Of a DNA stretch of 64,000 nt, positions 38,175-47,280 are shown piece by piece. The notes under the pieces were generated by a model, which did not search any database, was not told the origin of the DNA, and saw only the letters and a program-made list of their open reading frames with translations. Location of the stretch: the NCBI GenBank assembly GCA_021799485.1, contig JAJZAK010000001.1, positions 34,458 to 98,457 on the forward strand. The letters run 5' to 3'. Source of the DNA: a bacterium. Its GTDB lineage: Bacteria; Elusimicrobiota; Elusimicrobia; UBA1565; UBA9628. The stretch's first letter is position 1. Each line of letters begins with the position of its first letter. A program made the position numbers and the translations under genes.

Positions 38175-39265
38175 CGGACGCCGCGGCGACAAGGGAACGG
38201 CTTCTCAAAAAATCCTGGGGGAGGCTCCTTCTCGGCCTCTTGTCCATATTCTACGGAGGGGCGGTGTCCCTGCGGAGCCTCCTCTATCGCGCCGGGATCC
38301 TGCGCTCGCGCAGGATCGGGGCGCGGGTCGTCTCGATCGGGAATCTCACCGCCGGCGGCACGGGGAAAACCCCGGCGGTGCTTCTGGCGGCCGCGACGCT
38401 CAAGAAACATGGGGTCTCCATCGCGATTCTCAGCCGAGGCTACGGCGGGAAAGGCTCCGGACGGGATGTCACGACCCTGCTCGACGATAGGGACATCCCC
38501 TCCGCCGAAGAATGCGGCGACGAGCCCTGGATGATGCATCGGACCCTGATGGGCCAAGGCATTCCCATCCTGGTCGCCAAGAACCGCTCCAAAGCCGGGG
38601 ATCTCGCCGTCACGTTCTACCACTCCGAGGCCATCATCCTCGACGACGGCTTCCAGCACCTCGCGCTTGACCGCGATCTCGACATCGTCTTGGTCAACGC
38701 CATGCAGCCCTTCGGCGACGGCCATCTTCTTCCCCTCGGCTTTCTCAGGGAGCCGCGCCGGGCGCTCAATCGGGCCGACCTGATCGTGCTGACGCACTCC
38801 GACCGCGCCCACAAGAGCCGGCTCGAATCGATCGAAGCCGAAATCAAGGCGATCAACCCGCGGGCGCCGATCGTCCACGCGAGCCATAAGGCGGATTTCC
38901 TCATGGACTTAAAAACCGGGGAAAAAAGCCCCCCCACGAAGCTCGCGGGGCGCAAGATCGTTTCTTTTTGCGGCATCGCCGAGCCGGAATCATTCGAGGC
39001 TTCGCTCCTCGAGCTCGATGCGAAGATCGCGCAGAAATGGCGCTATCCGGACCATCACCCCTACGTCCCCCGGGAGATCACATCGCTCCAGCGCATCCGC
39101 GACGGCATACCGGTCGTCACGACGATGAAGGATTTCACGCGATTCCCGGCGGGCTGGGCGGACACTCTCGACGGCGAGGTTTACGCCCTCGCGATCAAGC
39201 TTCATCTTTCAAAAGGCCGCGAGGCCTGGATGTCGGCGATCGAGTCCCTGGTCTCGACCCGATGA
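38171..39265 (+). CDS. lpxK: Tetraacyldisaccharide 4'-kinase
   Basis: GNLTAGGTGKTP, SRGYG, GDEP, LDDGFQH, LREP. Confidence 0.95.
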   Translation: MTDAAATRERLLKKSWGRLLLGLLSIFYGGAVSLRSLLYRAGILRSRRIGARVVSIGNLTAGGTGKTPAVLLAAATLKKHGVSIAILSRGYGGKGSGRDVTTLLDDRDIPSAEECGDEPWMMHRTLMGQGIPILVAKNRSKAGDLAVTFYHSEAIILDDGFQHLALDRDLDIVLVNAMQPFGDGHLLPLGFLREPRRALNRADLIVLTHSDRAHKSRLESIEAEIKAINPRAPIVHASHKADFLMDLKTGEKSPPTKLAGRKIVSFCGIAEPESFEASLLELDAKIAQKWRYPDHHPYVPREITSLQRIRDGIPVVTTMKDFTRFPAGWADTLDGEVYALAIKLHLSKGREAWMSAIESLVSTR

Positions 39266-40176
39266 GCCGCGCCTTGAAGGCCTTCTTGCTCGCGGCCGCG
39301 GCGGCGAGAACGGCCCTTGGCCTCGATCTTTTCGGCGGCGCCGCGCCGCCGGAAGACATCGACGTCCTCATGACGGGACCTGCGGCGCCCTCCCAGTCCT
39401 ACAAGCGCCTGCCGGTCTTTCCGGAGAAACTCCGCTATCAAATCTTTTTGGGCGTGGTTCCCGTGGGCCAAGCGGCCCTGGAGGCCGAACATGTCGTTGA
39501 ATTCAACGGACGTCCCGCCTATCACATCGTCTCCCGGGCCGAATCGAACCGGTTCTGCGACGCCTTCTACAAGGTCCGCGACTTCAACGAATCCTGGATG
39601 GACGCCCGGCGGCTCGCGTCCCTCGGCTATTCGAAAATCCTCAGCGAAGGCCGTTTTTATCGCCGCGAATGGGCCGTCTACGACGCGGCGAACCGCCGAT
39701 TCGTGGCCCGGCTCACGAACCGCGACGGCAGCTACAAGATTTTCCGCGGGACCGTGCCGGCGTCCATCCAGGACATCTTATCGAGCCTTTTTTACATCCG
39801 TTCCCAGAAGCTCGTGCCGGGCCGCGACATCGTCCTCGACGTCAATACGAAAACCAACTGGCCGCTCATCGTCCGGGTGCTCAAGCGCGAGAAGATCAGG
39901 ACTCCGTCCGGGACCTGGCGCACCGTCGTGGTTGAGCCGGGGCTTCGCAAAAGGGAGGGGATTTTCGTCCAGAAAGGGCGAAACCTCCGGGTGTGGCTCA
40001 CCGACGACGAGAAAAAGATCCCCGTCCGCATGTCCGTCCAGCTCTTTTTCGGCCATGTATCGGCGCTTTTGATTCCGCCCGGAACCGCGAATCTCGCCGC
40101 CCCGGCTAAGGGCGCCAATTATTCCGTAACGAGCCCTAAGAAAACTGGGCAATTTCGGGCCGAATTGTCCCCCTAA
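39262..40176 (+). CDS. DUF3108-like exported protein
   Basis: Signal peptide; EKLRY, QDILS, VWLTDDEKKIPV. Confidence 0.75.
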   Translation: MSRALKAFLLAAAAARTALGLDLFGGAAPPEDIDVLMTGPAAPSQSYKRLPVFPEKLRYQIFLGVVPVGQAALEAEHVVEFNGRPAYHIVSRAESNRFCDAFYKVRDFNESWMDARRLASLGYSKILSEGRFYRREWAVYDAANRRFVARLTNRDGSYKIFRGTVPASIQDILSSLFYIRSQKLVPGRDIVLDVNTKTNWPLIVRVLKREKIRTPSGTWRTVVVEPGLRKREGIFVQKGRNLRVWLTDDEKKIPVRMSVQLFFGHVSALLIPPGTANLAAPAKGANYSVTSPKKTGQFRAELSP

Positions 40177-40198
40177 ACTCTGTATAATCACCTAAGCG

Positions 40199-41185
40199 AT
40201 GGCCAAGCCTGAGAGGCTTTTGCAGCTCCTAAGCGCCTTCAAGGGAAAGCGCATCGTCGTGGCCGGCGACTTCATGCTCGACCTCTATCTGAGGGGCAGC
40301 GCGAGCCGCCTCTCCCCCGAGGCTCCCGTCCCGGTGGTGCATGTCGCCAGCGAATCCGTCGTTCCGGGCGGCGCCGGCAACGTGGCCGTCAATCTCGCGG
40401 TCCTGGGCGCCGACGTCCGCGCGATCGGCATCCTGGGCCGCGACGAGGCCGCTCGAAGGCTGCTGGGCGCTCTCGAAGAGCGGGGGGTGGACGCGAACGG
40501 GCTTGTCGAGGACGGCGCCCGCCCCACATCGCAAAAATGCCGCATCCTGGCCGAGCACCAGCAGGTCGTCCGATTCGACCGGGAGTCGTCGGATCCTCTC
40601 GGCGCCAAGGCCGAGCGGCGGATCTTGGAAAACCTTCTGCGGGAGCTTTCGGACGGCGCCCAAGCGCTGGTCCTCTCCGATTACGGCAAGGGCGTGATCG
40701 GTCCGCGCCTCCTGCGCGAGGCCATCTCCCGCGCCAACAAGCGGGGCATCCCCGTCACGGCCGACCCGAAGGTCGAGCATTTCAAGCGCTATCGCGGGGT
40801 CACGTGCATCACTCCCAATCTCCAGGAGGCCTGGGGAGGCATGAACCGCCATCCGAAGGCCTCTCTCGGCGATTTGGAGCGGCTTGGCCGCGACATCCTC
40901 AAGACCTTGCGGGCCCGCTCGGTTCTCATCACGCGGGGCGCCCAGGGCATGAGCCTTTTCAAGAGCGACGCGCCCCCCGTCCACATTCCCACCGTGGCCA
41001 AGGAAGTTTTCGACGTCACGGGCGCCGGAGACACCGTCATTTCCGTCCTGACCCTGGCCCTGGCCTCCAAGGCGACCCTCGAGGAGGCCTCCCTCCTCTC
41101 CAACATCGCGGCCGGAATCGTCGTCGGCAAGCTCGGAACGGCCGCCCCGGAAGTCTCGGAGATCGCGGCCGCCATTCGCGCATGA
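40199..41185 (+). CDS. rfaE1: D-glycero-manno-heptose-7-phosphate kinase (HldE domain I)
   Basis: RLSPEAPVPV, GGAGNVA, SDYGKG, DVTGAGDT. Confidence 0.93.
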   Translation: MAKPERLLQLLSAFKGKRIVVAGDFMLDLYLRGSASRLSPEAPVPVVHVASESVVPGGAGNVAVNLAVLGADVRAIGILGRDEAARRLLGALEERGVDANGLVEDGARPTSQKCRILAEHQQVVRFDRESSDPLGAKAERRILENLLRELSDGAQALVLSDYGKGVIGPRLLREAISRANKRGIPVTADPKVEHFKRYRGVTCITPNLQEAWGGMNRHPKASLGDLERLGRDILKTLRARSVLITRGAQGMSLFKSDAPPVHIPTVAKEVFDVTGAGDTVISVLTLALASKATLEEASLLSNIAAGIVVGKLGTAAPEVSEIAAAIRA

Positions 41186-42813
41186 GCCGCTATCTCTTCG
41201 TGACGGGCGGCGTGGTCAGCTCTCTTGGAAAGGGCATCTCCGCCGCCTCCATCGGCCGCATCCTCGAGGCCCGGGGCCTCTCCGTCTCCATGCTCAAATG
41301 CGACCCTTACATCAACGTCGACCCCGGAACCATGAACCCCTTCCAACATGGGGAGGTCTTCGTCACGGAGGACGGAGCGGAGACGGATCTTGACCTTGGG
41401 CACTACGAGCGATTCCTCAATAAGGACATGCACCGCGCCAACAACGTCACGGCGGGCCAGATCTACGAGACGGTCATCTCCCGCGAGAGGCGCGGCGACT
41501 TCCTCGGCGCCACGGTCCAGGTCATCCCCCACGTCACGGAGGAGATCAAAAGCCGTTTCCGGCGGGCCGCCAAGGGCTCGGATGTGGCGATCATCGAGCT
41601 TGGGGGCACCGTGGGCGACATCGAGGGCCTTCCCTTCCTGGAGGCGGCCCGCCAGATGGCGATTGAAACCGGGGACTCGCGCGTGGCCTACGTCCATGTG
41701 ACGCTCGTCCCCTATATCGGCGCCGCCCAGGAGCTCAAGACCAAGCCCACCCAGCATTCCGTCGGGAAGCTCCGGGAGATCGGCATCTCGCCCGACGTCA
41801 TCATCTGCCGCTCGGAAAAGCCTCTCTCCGCCGACATCAAGGGAAAAATCGCCCTCTTCGCGAACCTTCCCAGGGAGTCGGTCTTCGAGGCTCCGGATGT
41901 GGGGTCGATCTACGAGGTCCCGATTCTCTTCGAACGTCAAGGGCTTGGGGACGCCTTGGGGCGCCTCTTGGATCTCAAGACGCGCCCGGCGGACCTCGCG
42001 GAGTGGGGCAAGTTGATCGGGCGGATCAAGCGCCCCAAGCGCCGCGTCTCAATCGCGATCGCCGGCAAATATACCGATTGCCGCGACGCCTATAAGTCCG
42101 TGCACGAGGCTCTCGTTCACGCGGCTCTCCACCACGACGCCGCCTTGGACGCGCGCTATCTTGACGTGACGCGGCTTGACTCGGGACCGGCCTTCGACGG
42201 CGCGCACGGCATCCTCGTCCCGGGAGGCTTCGGCGAGCGCGGGATCGAAGGAAAGATCAAGGCCGCCGAGGTCGCCCGCCGCGGCGGCATCCCCTATCTG
42301 GGGCTCTGCCTGGGCCTCCAGACGGCCGCCATCGAGTTCGCGAGAAACGTCCTGAAGATGCGGGGCGCCCACTCAACGGAGTTCGACCCCAAGACCCGCT
42401 ACCCCATCATTCATCTCCTGCCGGAACAAAAGGGCGTCGAGGACCTCGGGGGCTCGATGCGCCTGGGCGTTTATCCGTGCCGGCTCGCGGAGGGAAGCCT
42501 CGCTTACAAGGCCTATCAGGCAACGGCCATCTCGGAGCGCCATCGCCATCGCTACGAGTTCAACAACAAATACCGGGAACTCTTCGAGGACGCGGGTCTG
42601 CGGATCACCGGCGTCTACCCCAAGAAAAACCTTGTCGAGATCCTCGAGCTGAAGGGCCATCCCTGGTTCGTCGCCGTCCAGTTCCACCCCGAATTTAAGA
42701 GCCGGCCGGAATCTCCGCACCCCCTCTTCAAGGATTTCGTCGGAGCGGCCCTGGCCCATCCCCGCGCTCGCCGGGGCGAAGAACCGGATCAATCCCAGAC
42801 GCTTTATGCCTAA
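41182..42813 (+). CDS. pyrG: CTP synthase
   Basis: GGVVSSLGKG, DPYINVDPGTM, KTKPTQHSV, CLGLQ, QFHPEF. Confidence 0.98.
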   Translation: MSRYLFVTGGVVSSLGKGISAASIGRILEARGLSVSMLKCDPYINVDPGTMNPFQHGEVFVTEDGAETDLDLGHYERFLNKDMHRANNVTAGQIYETVISRERRGDFLGATVQVIPHVTEEIKSRFRRAAKGSDVAIIELGGTVGDIEGLPFLEAARQMAIETGDSRVAYVHVTLVPYIGAAQELKTKPTQHSVGKLREIGISPDVIICRSEKPLSADIKGKIALFANLPRESVFEAPDVGSIYEVPILFERQGLGDALGRLLDLKTRPADLAEWGKLIGRIKRPKRRVSIAIAGKYTDCRDAYKSVHEALVHAALHHDAALDARYLDVTRLDSGPAFDGAHGILVPGGFGERGIEGKIKAAEVARRGGIPYLGLCLGLQTAAIEFARNVLKMRGAHSTEFDPKTRYPIIHLLPEQKGVEDLGGSMRLGVYPCRLAEGSLAYKAYQATAISERHRHRYEFNNKYRELFEDAGLRITGVYPKKNLVEILELKGHPWFVAVQFHPEFKSRPESPHPLFKDFVGAALAHPRARRGEEPDQSQTLYA

Positions 42814-43636
42814 GGTCAAGGTCGGTCACGTCGTTTTCGACAACGAGAGCCCCCTCTCCTACATCGCGGGACCCTGCGCGCTCGAGTCCGAGGAACTGCT
42901 CCTCGATGTCGGACGCCGGCTCAAGGAATTCTTCGCCCGCGCCAAAAAACCGTTCATCCTCAAATGCTCCTTCGACAAGGCGAACCGCACCTCCGCCGCC
43001 GCCTTCCGCGGACCGGGGCTCAAGAAGGGCTTGGCCGCCCTCGCTCGCGTCCGGGCGAAGCTCGGCGTTCCCCTGCTCACCGACGTTCACGAGCCGGCCC
43101 AGGCGCGGCTGGCCGCGAAGGTCGTCGACGTGATCCAAATTCCGGCCTTCCTCTGCCGGCAGACCGACCTTCTCGTCGCCTGCGCCCGGACGGGAAAGCC
43201 CGTCAACATCAAGAAGGGGCAGTTCCTAGCGCCGTGGGACATCAAGAACGCCATCCGCAAGATCGAGGCCGCCGGCAACCGCCAAATACTCGTGACCGAG
43301 CGCGGGACGAGCTTCGGCTACGGCAATCTCGTCGTCGACATGAGGGGCCTGCGCATCATGCAGGCCTTCGGATATCCCGTCATCTACGACGCCACCCACT
43401 CCGTCCAGCTCCCGGGCGCCCGCGGGGAATCCACCGGCGGCGAGCGGGAGTTCGCGGCGGTCCTCGCTCGGGCGGCGGCCGCGGTCGGCGTGGCCGGCAT
43501 TTTTTTCGAGACCCATCCCGATCCCGAGCGCGCCCTCTCCGACGGCCCTAATTCGATTTATCTCAAGGACGTCCCGGCGCTCGTGCGCCAGACGAGCGCC
43601 ATCGATCGCCTCATCAAGGAAGGGGAGAGGCCATGA
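42806..43636 (+). CDS. kdsA: KDO8P synthase
   Basis: IAGPC, FDKANRTS, QIPAFLCRQTDL, DATHSVQ. Confidence 0.97.
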   Translation: MPKVKVGHVVFDNESPLSYIAGPCALESEELLLDVGRRLKEFFARAKKPFILKCSFDKANRTSAAAFRGPGLKKGLAALARVRAKLGVPLLTDVHEPAQARLAAKVVDVIQIPAFLCRQTDLLVACARTGKPVNIKKGQFLAPWDIKNAIRKIEAAGNRQILVTERGTSFGYGNLVVDMRGLRIMQAFGYPVIYDATHSVQLPGARGESTGGEREFAAVLARAAAAVGVAGIFFETHPDPERALSDGPNSIYLKDVPALVRQTSAIDRLIKEGERP

Positions 43637-43950
43637 AATGCCCGGATTGCGGCTACGAAAACAAGGAGGGGGCGCGGGCCTGCAAGCGCTGCTCCAGGGA
43701 TCTCACGCTCTCCCCCCCCTGGTTTCCGGACATCAAGTGGCACCTGAAAACCTTGGGCATCATCTACGCCGCGACGGCCGCCCTCTACTTCGCCGTCTCG
43801 GGCTTCCTCAAGACTCTCCCCAAGCCCTACGACATCCGCAACGTCCCCATCGAGTTGACGCCGTGGCTTAACAGCCGCATCATGAAAGGCGGCGTTCCAG
43901 GAGAGCCGCCGGCGCCGCCGGAGACGCACGCTCCGGTCGCGGAGCCGTGA
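43633..43950 (+). CDS. Small zinc-ribbon membrane protein
   Basis: CPDC-x10-CKRC then one TM; AGGGGAG SD; 4-nt overlaps both sides. Confidence 0.75.
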   Translation: MKCPDCGYENKEGARACKRCSRDLTLSPPWFPDIKWHLKTLGIIYAATAALYFAVSGFLKTLPKPYDIRNVPIELTPWLNSRIMKGGVPGEPPAPPETHAPVAEP

Positions 43951-44525
43951 GGCGCCGGCACACGGGATGTTTCCTGTTTCTCCTTGCCTTCGCGGCCTGC
44001 CGCAAAGCCCTCCCCCCTCCTCGCGCCTACCCGCGCCAGACTCTGACGAATCTATCCCTTTCCCAGTCCTACCTCGGAGCCTCTGTGTGGAAACTGCGGA
44101 GCCCGTCGGCTGTCATCGAGGAGGCGACGCAGGAGGCGAATCTCGACGCCCCCCGCATGCGTTTCTACAAGGAAGGCCGGCTCTCGAGCCGGGTCTCGTC
44201 TTTGACGGGGCGGGTGAACCTGGCGACCCGGGACGTGATTCTCTCCACGGACGTCGTCCTGGCCTCCCTGGCGGACCAATCCGTGCTTAAGACCGATCTG
44301 CTGAATTATTCGTCCAAGGAAGACAAGCTCTGGACCGAGTCGGAGGTCGAGCTGAGAAAACCAGCGGGCGTGATGCGCGGCCGCGGCATGCGCGCGAGCC
44401 CCGACCTCTCCGACATCCGAATCTTCCATCAGGAGTCGCATCTTAAGGGCGCCGAAAAAAAACGAAAAGCCTCGGAAGGCCGCGAAAGGCCCGGAACGGC
44501 GACGAAGGGCCCCAGAAGCCCATGA
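43947..44525 (+). CDS. lptC: LPS export protein LptC-like
   Basis: Lipobox-like LAFAAC, beta-jellyroll pattern; position before lptA/lptB. Confidence 0.8.
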   Translation: MRRRHTGCFLFLLAFAACRKALPPPRAYPRQTLTNLSLSQSYLGASVWKLRSPSAVIEEATQEANLDAPRMRFYKEGRLSSRVSSLTGRVNLATRDVILSTDVVLASLADQSVLKTDLLNYSSKEDKLWTESEVELRKPAGVMRGRGMRASPDLSDIRIFHQESHLKGAEKKRKASEGRERPGTATKGPRSP

Positions 44526-44579
44526 AGCTTTCCGCGCCCCTCCGCGGCCTCCTGTGGATTCCCATCGTCTTCGGCGGCC
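44461..44579. repeat. Second head-to-head degenerate 10-bp repeat array
   Basis: agcctcggaa/ggccgcgaaa/ggcccggaac/ggcgacgaag/ggccccagaa then inverted units reading ggccgccgaa/gacgatggga/atccacagga/ggccgcggag/gggcgcggaa on the minus strand. Confidence 0.65.
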
Positions 44580-45277
44580 GGCCCTCCTGGGCCGCGGAGC
44601 CGGCGGCGGGCGCCGTCGTCCATTCCGAGGTCTGGAGGGTTTCCCGGAAAAAGGGGCGCGAGATCGAATACTTCAAGGGCCATGTGCGCTACGAGGGAGC
44701 GGACGCGAAGCTCTCCGCGGACGAAGCGAGCTATGACCACGCGGACCAGCGATGGAAAGCCGCGGGCCGCGTGCGCCTCCGGCGCGTCCTTTCCTCGGGC
44801 GACATCGTCGACGCCCGGGGCGACCGCGGTTCCTACAGCCAGGAAACCGGCTCCGGCCGCCTCAACTCCCAAAGCGAGGTCATCATCAAGCGCACGCCGC
44901 GAGACGGAACCGCCCCTGATTTCGCCTCGGGGAAGGCTCTTTCGTGGAGAAAAATGGGGCAGGAGGGAACGCTTTCCGGCGGAGTCCGCGCCTGGGGCCC
45001 TCGGCTCAAGGCCTGGGCCCATTCGGCCGACTACGACCGCGCCAAAGGCTCGCTGACGCTCAACGGCGGAAGGCCCGTCGCCGAGAAGACGCCCTGGAAG
45101 CCCGGCGACTGGCGCGGGGCGGTCAAGGCGGACCGGATCGTGGCGACCCAACCGCCCGAGGCCGGAAGCGCCGACCGGCAGCCGCAAGGAGCGTCCTGGA
45201 AGCGCCTCGACGCCGACGGCCGGGCCGTCGGATGGATCTTTTTCCCGAGCACGAAGGAGCTGGCCCCGCGGCGATGA
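44522..45277 (+). CDS. LptA/OstA-like periplasmic protein
   Basis: Repeated beta-jellyroll motifs (F.GHV, LSAD.A.Y, L.GGV) between lptC and lptB. Confidence 0.7.
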   Translation: MKLSAPLRGLLWIPIVFGGRPSWAAEPAAGAVVHSEVWRVSRKKGREIEYFKGHVRYEGADAKLSADEASYDHADQRWKAAGRVRLRRVLSSGDIVDARGDRGSYSQETGSGRLNSQSEVIIKRTPRDGTAPDFASGKALSWRKMGQEGTLSGGVRAWGPRLKAWAHSADYDRAKGSLTLNGGRPVAEKTPWKPGDWRGAVKADRIVATQPPEAGSADRQPQGASWKRLDADGRAVGWIFFPSTKELAPRR

Positions 45278-45993
45278 AGCTCGAGGCGAAGGGGCTGCGC
45301 AAGTTCTACGGCAAGCGCGAGGTGGTCAAGGGCATCAGCCTCTCCGTCTCCTCGGGCGAGATCGTGGGGCTTCTCGGACCCAACGGCGCCGGGAAGACGA
45401 CGACGTTCTACAGCTTGGCGGGCTTCATTCGCCCCGACGGCGGCGCGATCCTCATGGACGCCGACGAGGTGACCGCGCTCCCCATGTATGAACGGGCACG
45501 CCGGGGGCTTGGGTACCTGGCGCAGGAGCCGACCGTCTTTAGGGGATTGACGGTCGAGGAGAACCTCCGCGCGATTCTCGAGCGGACGGTCAAGAACCGC
45601 TTCGAGCGGATGCGCCGCGTCAAGGCGCTGCTCGACGAGTTCGGGCTCTGGAAGCTGAGGCGGCAGATCGCGCTGAGGCTGTCCGGCGGCGAGAAAAGGC
45701 GCCTCGAATGCGCCCGCGCCATGATCAACGAGCCCAAGCTGATCATGCTCGACGAGCCTTTCGTCGGGATCGATCCCATCACCGTCTCCGATCTGAAGGG
45801 CTTGATCCAAAAGCTCCGCGATCAGGGGATCGGGGTCCTCATCACCGACCACAACGTCCGGGAAGCCCTTCCGATCTTGGACCGCGCCTATCTGATCTAC
45901 GACGGGCAGATCCTCATCGCGGGAACGGCGAAGCAGCTCTTGGATGATCCGAAAGCCCGGGAACTCTACCTTGGGAAGGACTTCACCATTTAG
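45274..45993 (+). CDS. lptB: LPS export ABC ATPase
   Basis: GPNGAGKTT, YLAQE, LSGGEKRR, LDEPF, ITDHNVRE. Confidence 0.96.
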   Translation: MKLEAKGLRKFYGKREVVKGISLSVSSGEIVGLLGPNGAGKTTTFYSLAGFIRPDGGAILMDADEVTALPMYERARRGLGYLAQEPTVFRGLTVEENLRAILERTVKNRFERMRRVKALLDEFGLWKLRRQIALRLSGGEKRRLECARAMINEPKLIMLDEPFVGIDPITVSDLKGLIQKLRDQGIGVLITDHNVREALPILDRAYLIYDGQILIAGTAKQLLDDPKARELYLGKDFTI

Positions 45994-45999
45994 GCGTTA

Positions 46000-46221
46000 G
46001 GCTCCGTGACAGAATAATATGGACATTTGGAGGCCCCTATCCGAGCCGGATGCAAGGCGCGAGAAGCGAGCATACCGAGCGTATGGGAGCGATCGAGCAA
46101 CGCCGCAGGCGACCGGAGAGGGGCCTCCCGCAGCGGGCCGTCCGCTTTCGGTCTGCGACGTCGTTGCGCTCGCCTCGAAACTCGGATGGCCAAATCGTCC
46201 ATATTATTCTGTCACGGAGCC
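46000..46221. mobile_element. MITE-like element 2 (222 bp; 25-bp perfect TIR; TTA duplication)
   Basis: TIR ggctccgtgacagaataatatggac (46000-46024) and reverse complement (46197-46221); TTA at 45997-99 and 46222-24. Confidence 0.87.
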
Positions 46222-47199
46222 TTACGTGAACGACTCGATCGGCGTCAGGATGCCGGCCTTCCTTGAAACGCGAACCGCTCGTTCGTAGCGGGCCAATCCC
46301 TCGACCCTTCTTCCAGCCAAGTACCTCAAGGACGCCAGCGCCATGAGCGCGAGGACCTCCCCGCGGGTTTCCCGCGCTTTTTTGAACGCCGCCAAAGCTC
46401 TCAAGAAAAGCGGCTCGGCCAGCGCGGGGCGTCCCGAACGCCATTCGACCTGGCCAAGCCCCCAATTCACGTAGGCGCCGTCGACTTCGTCGCCAAGCTT
46501 CCGATAGAGGCGACCGGAAGACCGGTAATGGCGCCGTGCCTCGCCAAGCCGCCCCATCTGCCTGAGGGCGTTGGCCAGACCGCAATGGGAGTAAGCAAGG
46601 CCGAAAAGGTCCCCGTCCGCCCGCGCTTGGGAGAGCACGGACGCATAAAGGCGCCTCGATCCCTCCACGTCGCCGCGGATGCGCTTGAGCCCCGCGAGTC
46701 CCAAAACGGAATAACGCGCGCCGGAGGAATCGCGAGCTCGACGAAAAGACGCGAGAGACCTCTCAAAAGCCTCTTCCGCGGCCGCGAGCTTTCCGGAGAA
46801 CCGAAGAGCGCCTCCCATCGCCCACCAAACGAAGCCGACTCCCTCCCAGTCCTCGCGCCGTTGAAAAAGAGCGAGAAAAGCCTTGAGCCGGCGGAGGCTC
46901 TCGGCGTAGCGCCCCTCGGCCCGAAGGAGCATCGCCTCCTCGAGGCGGAGGAGCTCGATCTCCTCGGCGGCGCCCAAGCTCCGCGCCAGACGCAGCCCTC
47001 GTCGGATGTGGGCGCGCGAACGCGAGGCGAAACCGAGGCTTCTATTGATAGCGGCCAGGGCGCCATGCGCCTTGAGCCTGTCTTCCGCAACCGCGGCGCG
47101 CCGCCTCAAGACACGATTAAAGACGACCGCCGCCCGGGCCAGACGCCCCTCGCTCCTCAAGGCCTCCGCCCTTTCCAATAGGGATTCCATGCCAGCCAA
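46222..47199 (-). CDS. Tetratricopeptide repeat protein
   Basis: Repeated helical A...GLA......G...EA...Y pattern; start may be ATG 47190. Confidence 0.8.
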   Translation of the reverse strand: MAGMESLLERAEALRSEGRLARAAVVFNRVLRRRAAVAEDRLKAHGALAAINRSLGFASRSRAHIRRGLRLARSLGAAEEIELLRLEEAMLLRAEGRYAESLRRLKAFLALFQRREDWEGVGFVWWAMGGALRFSGKLAAAEEAFERSLASFRRARDSSGARYSVLGLAGLKRIRGDVEGSRRLYASVLSQARADGDLFGLAYSHCGLANALRQMGRLGEARRHYRSSGRLYRKLGDEVDGAYVNWGLGQVEWRSGRPALAEPLFLRALAAFKKARETRGEVLALMALASLRYLAGRRVEGLARYERAVRVSRKAGILTPIESFT

Positions 47200-47243
47200 G
47201 GGAAACGATACTAAATGTTGGAAGTTGGGACCCGACCGCCATT

Positions 47244-47262
47244 ATTGAAATTCTATTTCAAT
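47244..47262. promoter_or_regulatory. Fur/Zur-like operator overlapping the ZIP promoter
   Basis: 19-bp palindrome ATTGAAAT-TCT-ATTTCAAT covering TTGAAA (-35); TATGAT (-10) at 47269-74. Confidence 0.65.
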
Positions 47263-47280
47263 TAAAGCTATGATCAGCGC

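Noticed and set aside
45990-46288. Short ORFs ending or containing PYYSVTEP
   Set aside because: Same inverted-repeat artefact in MITE 2
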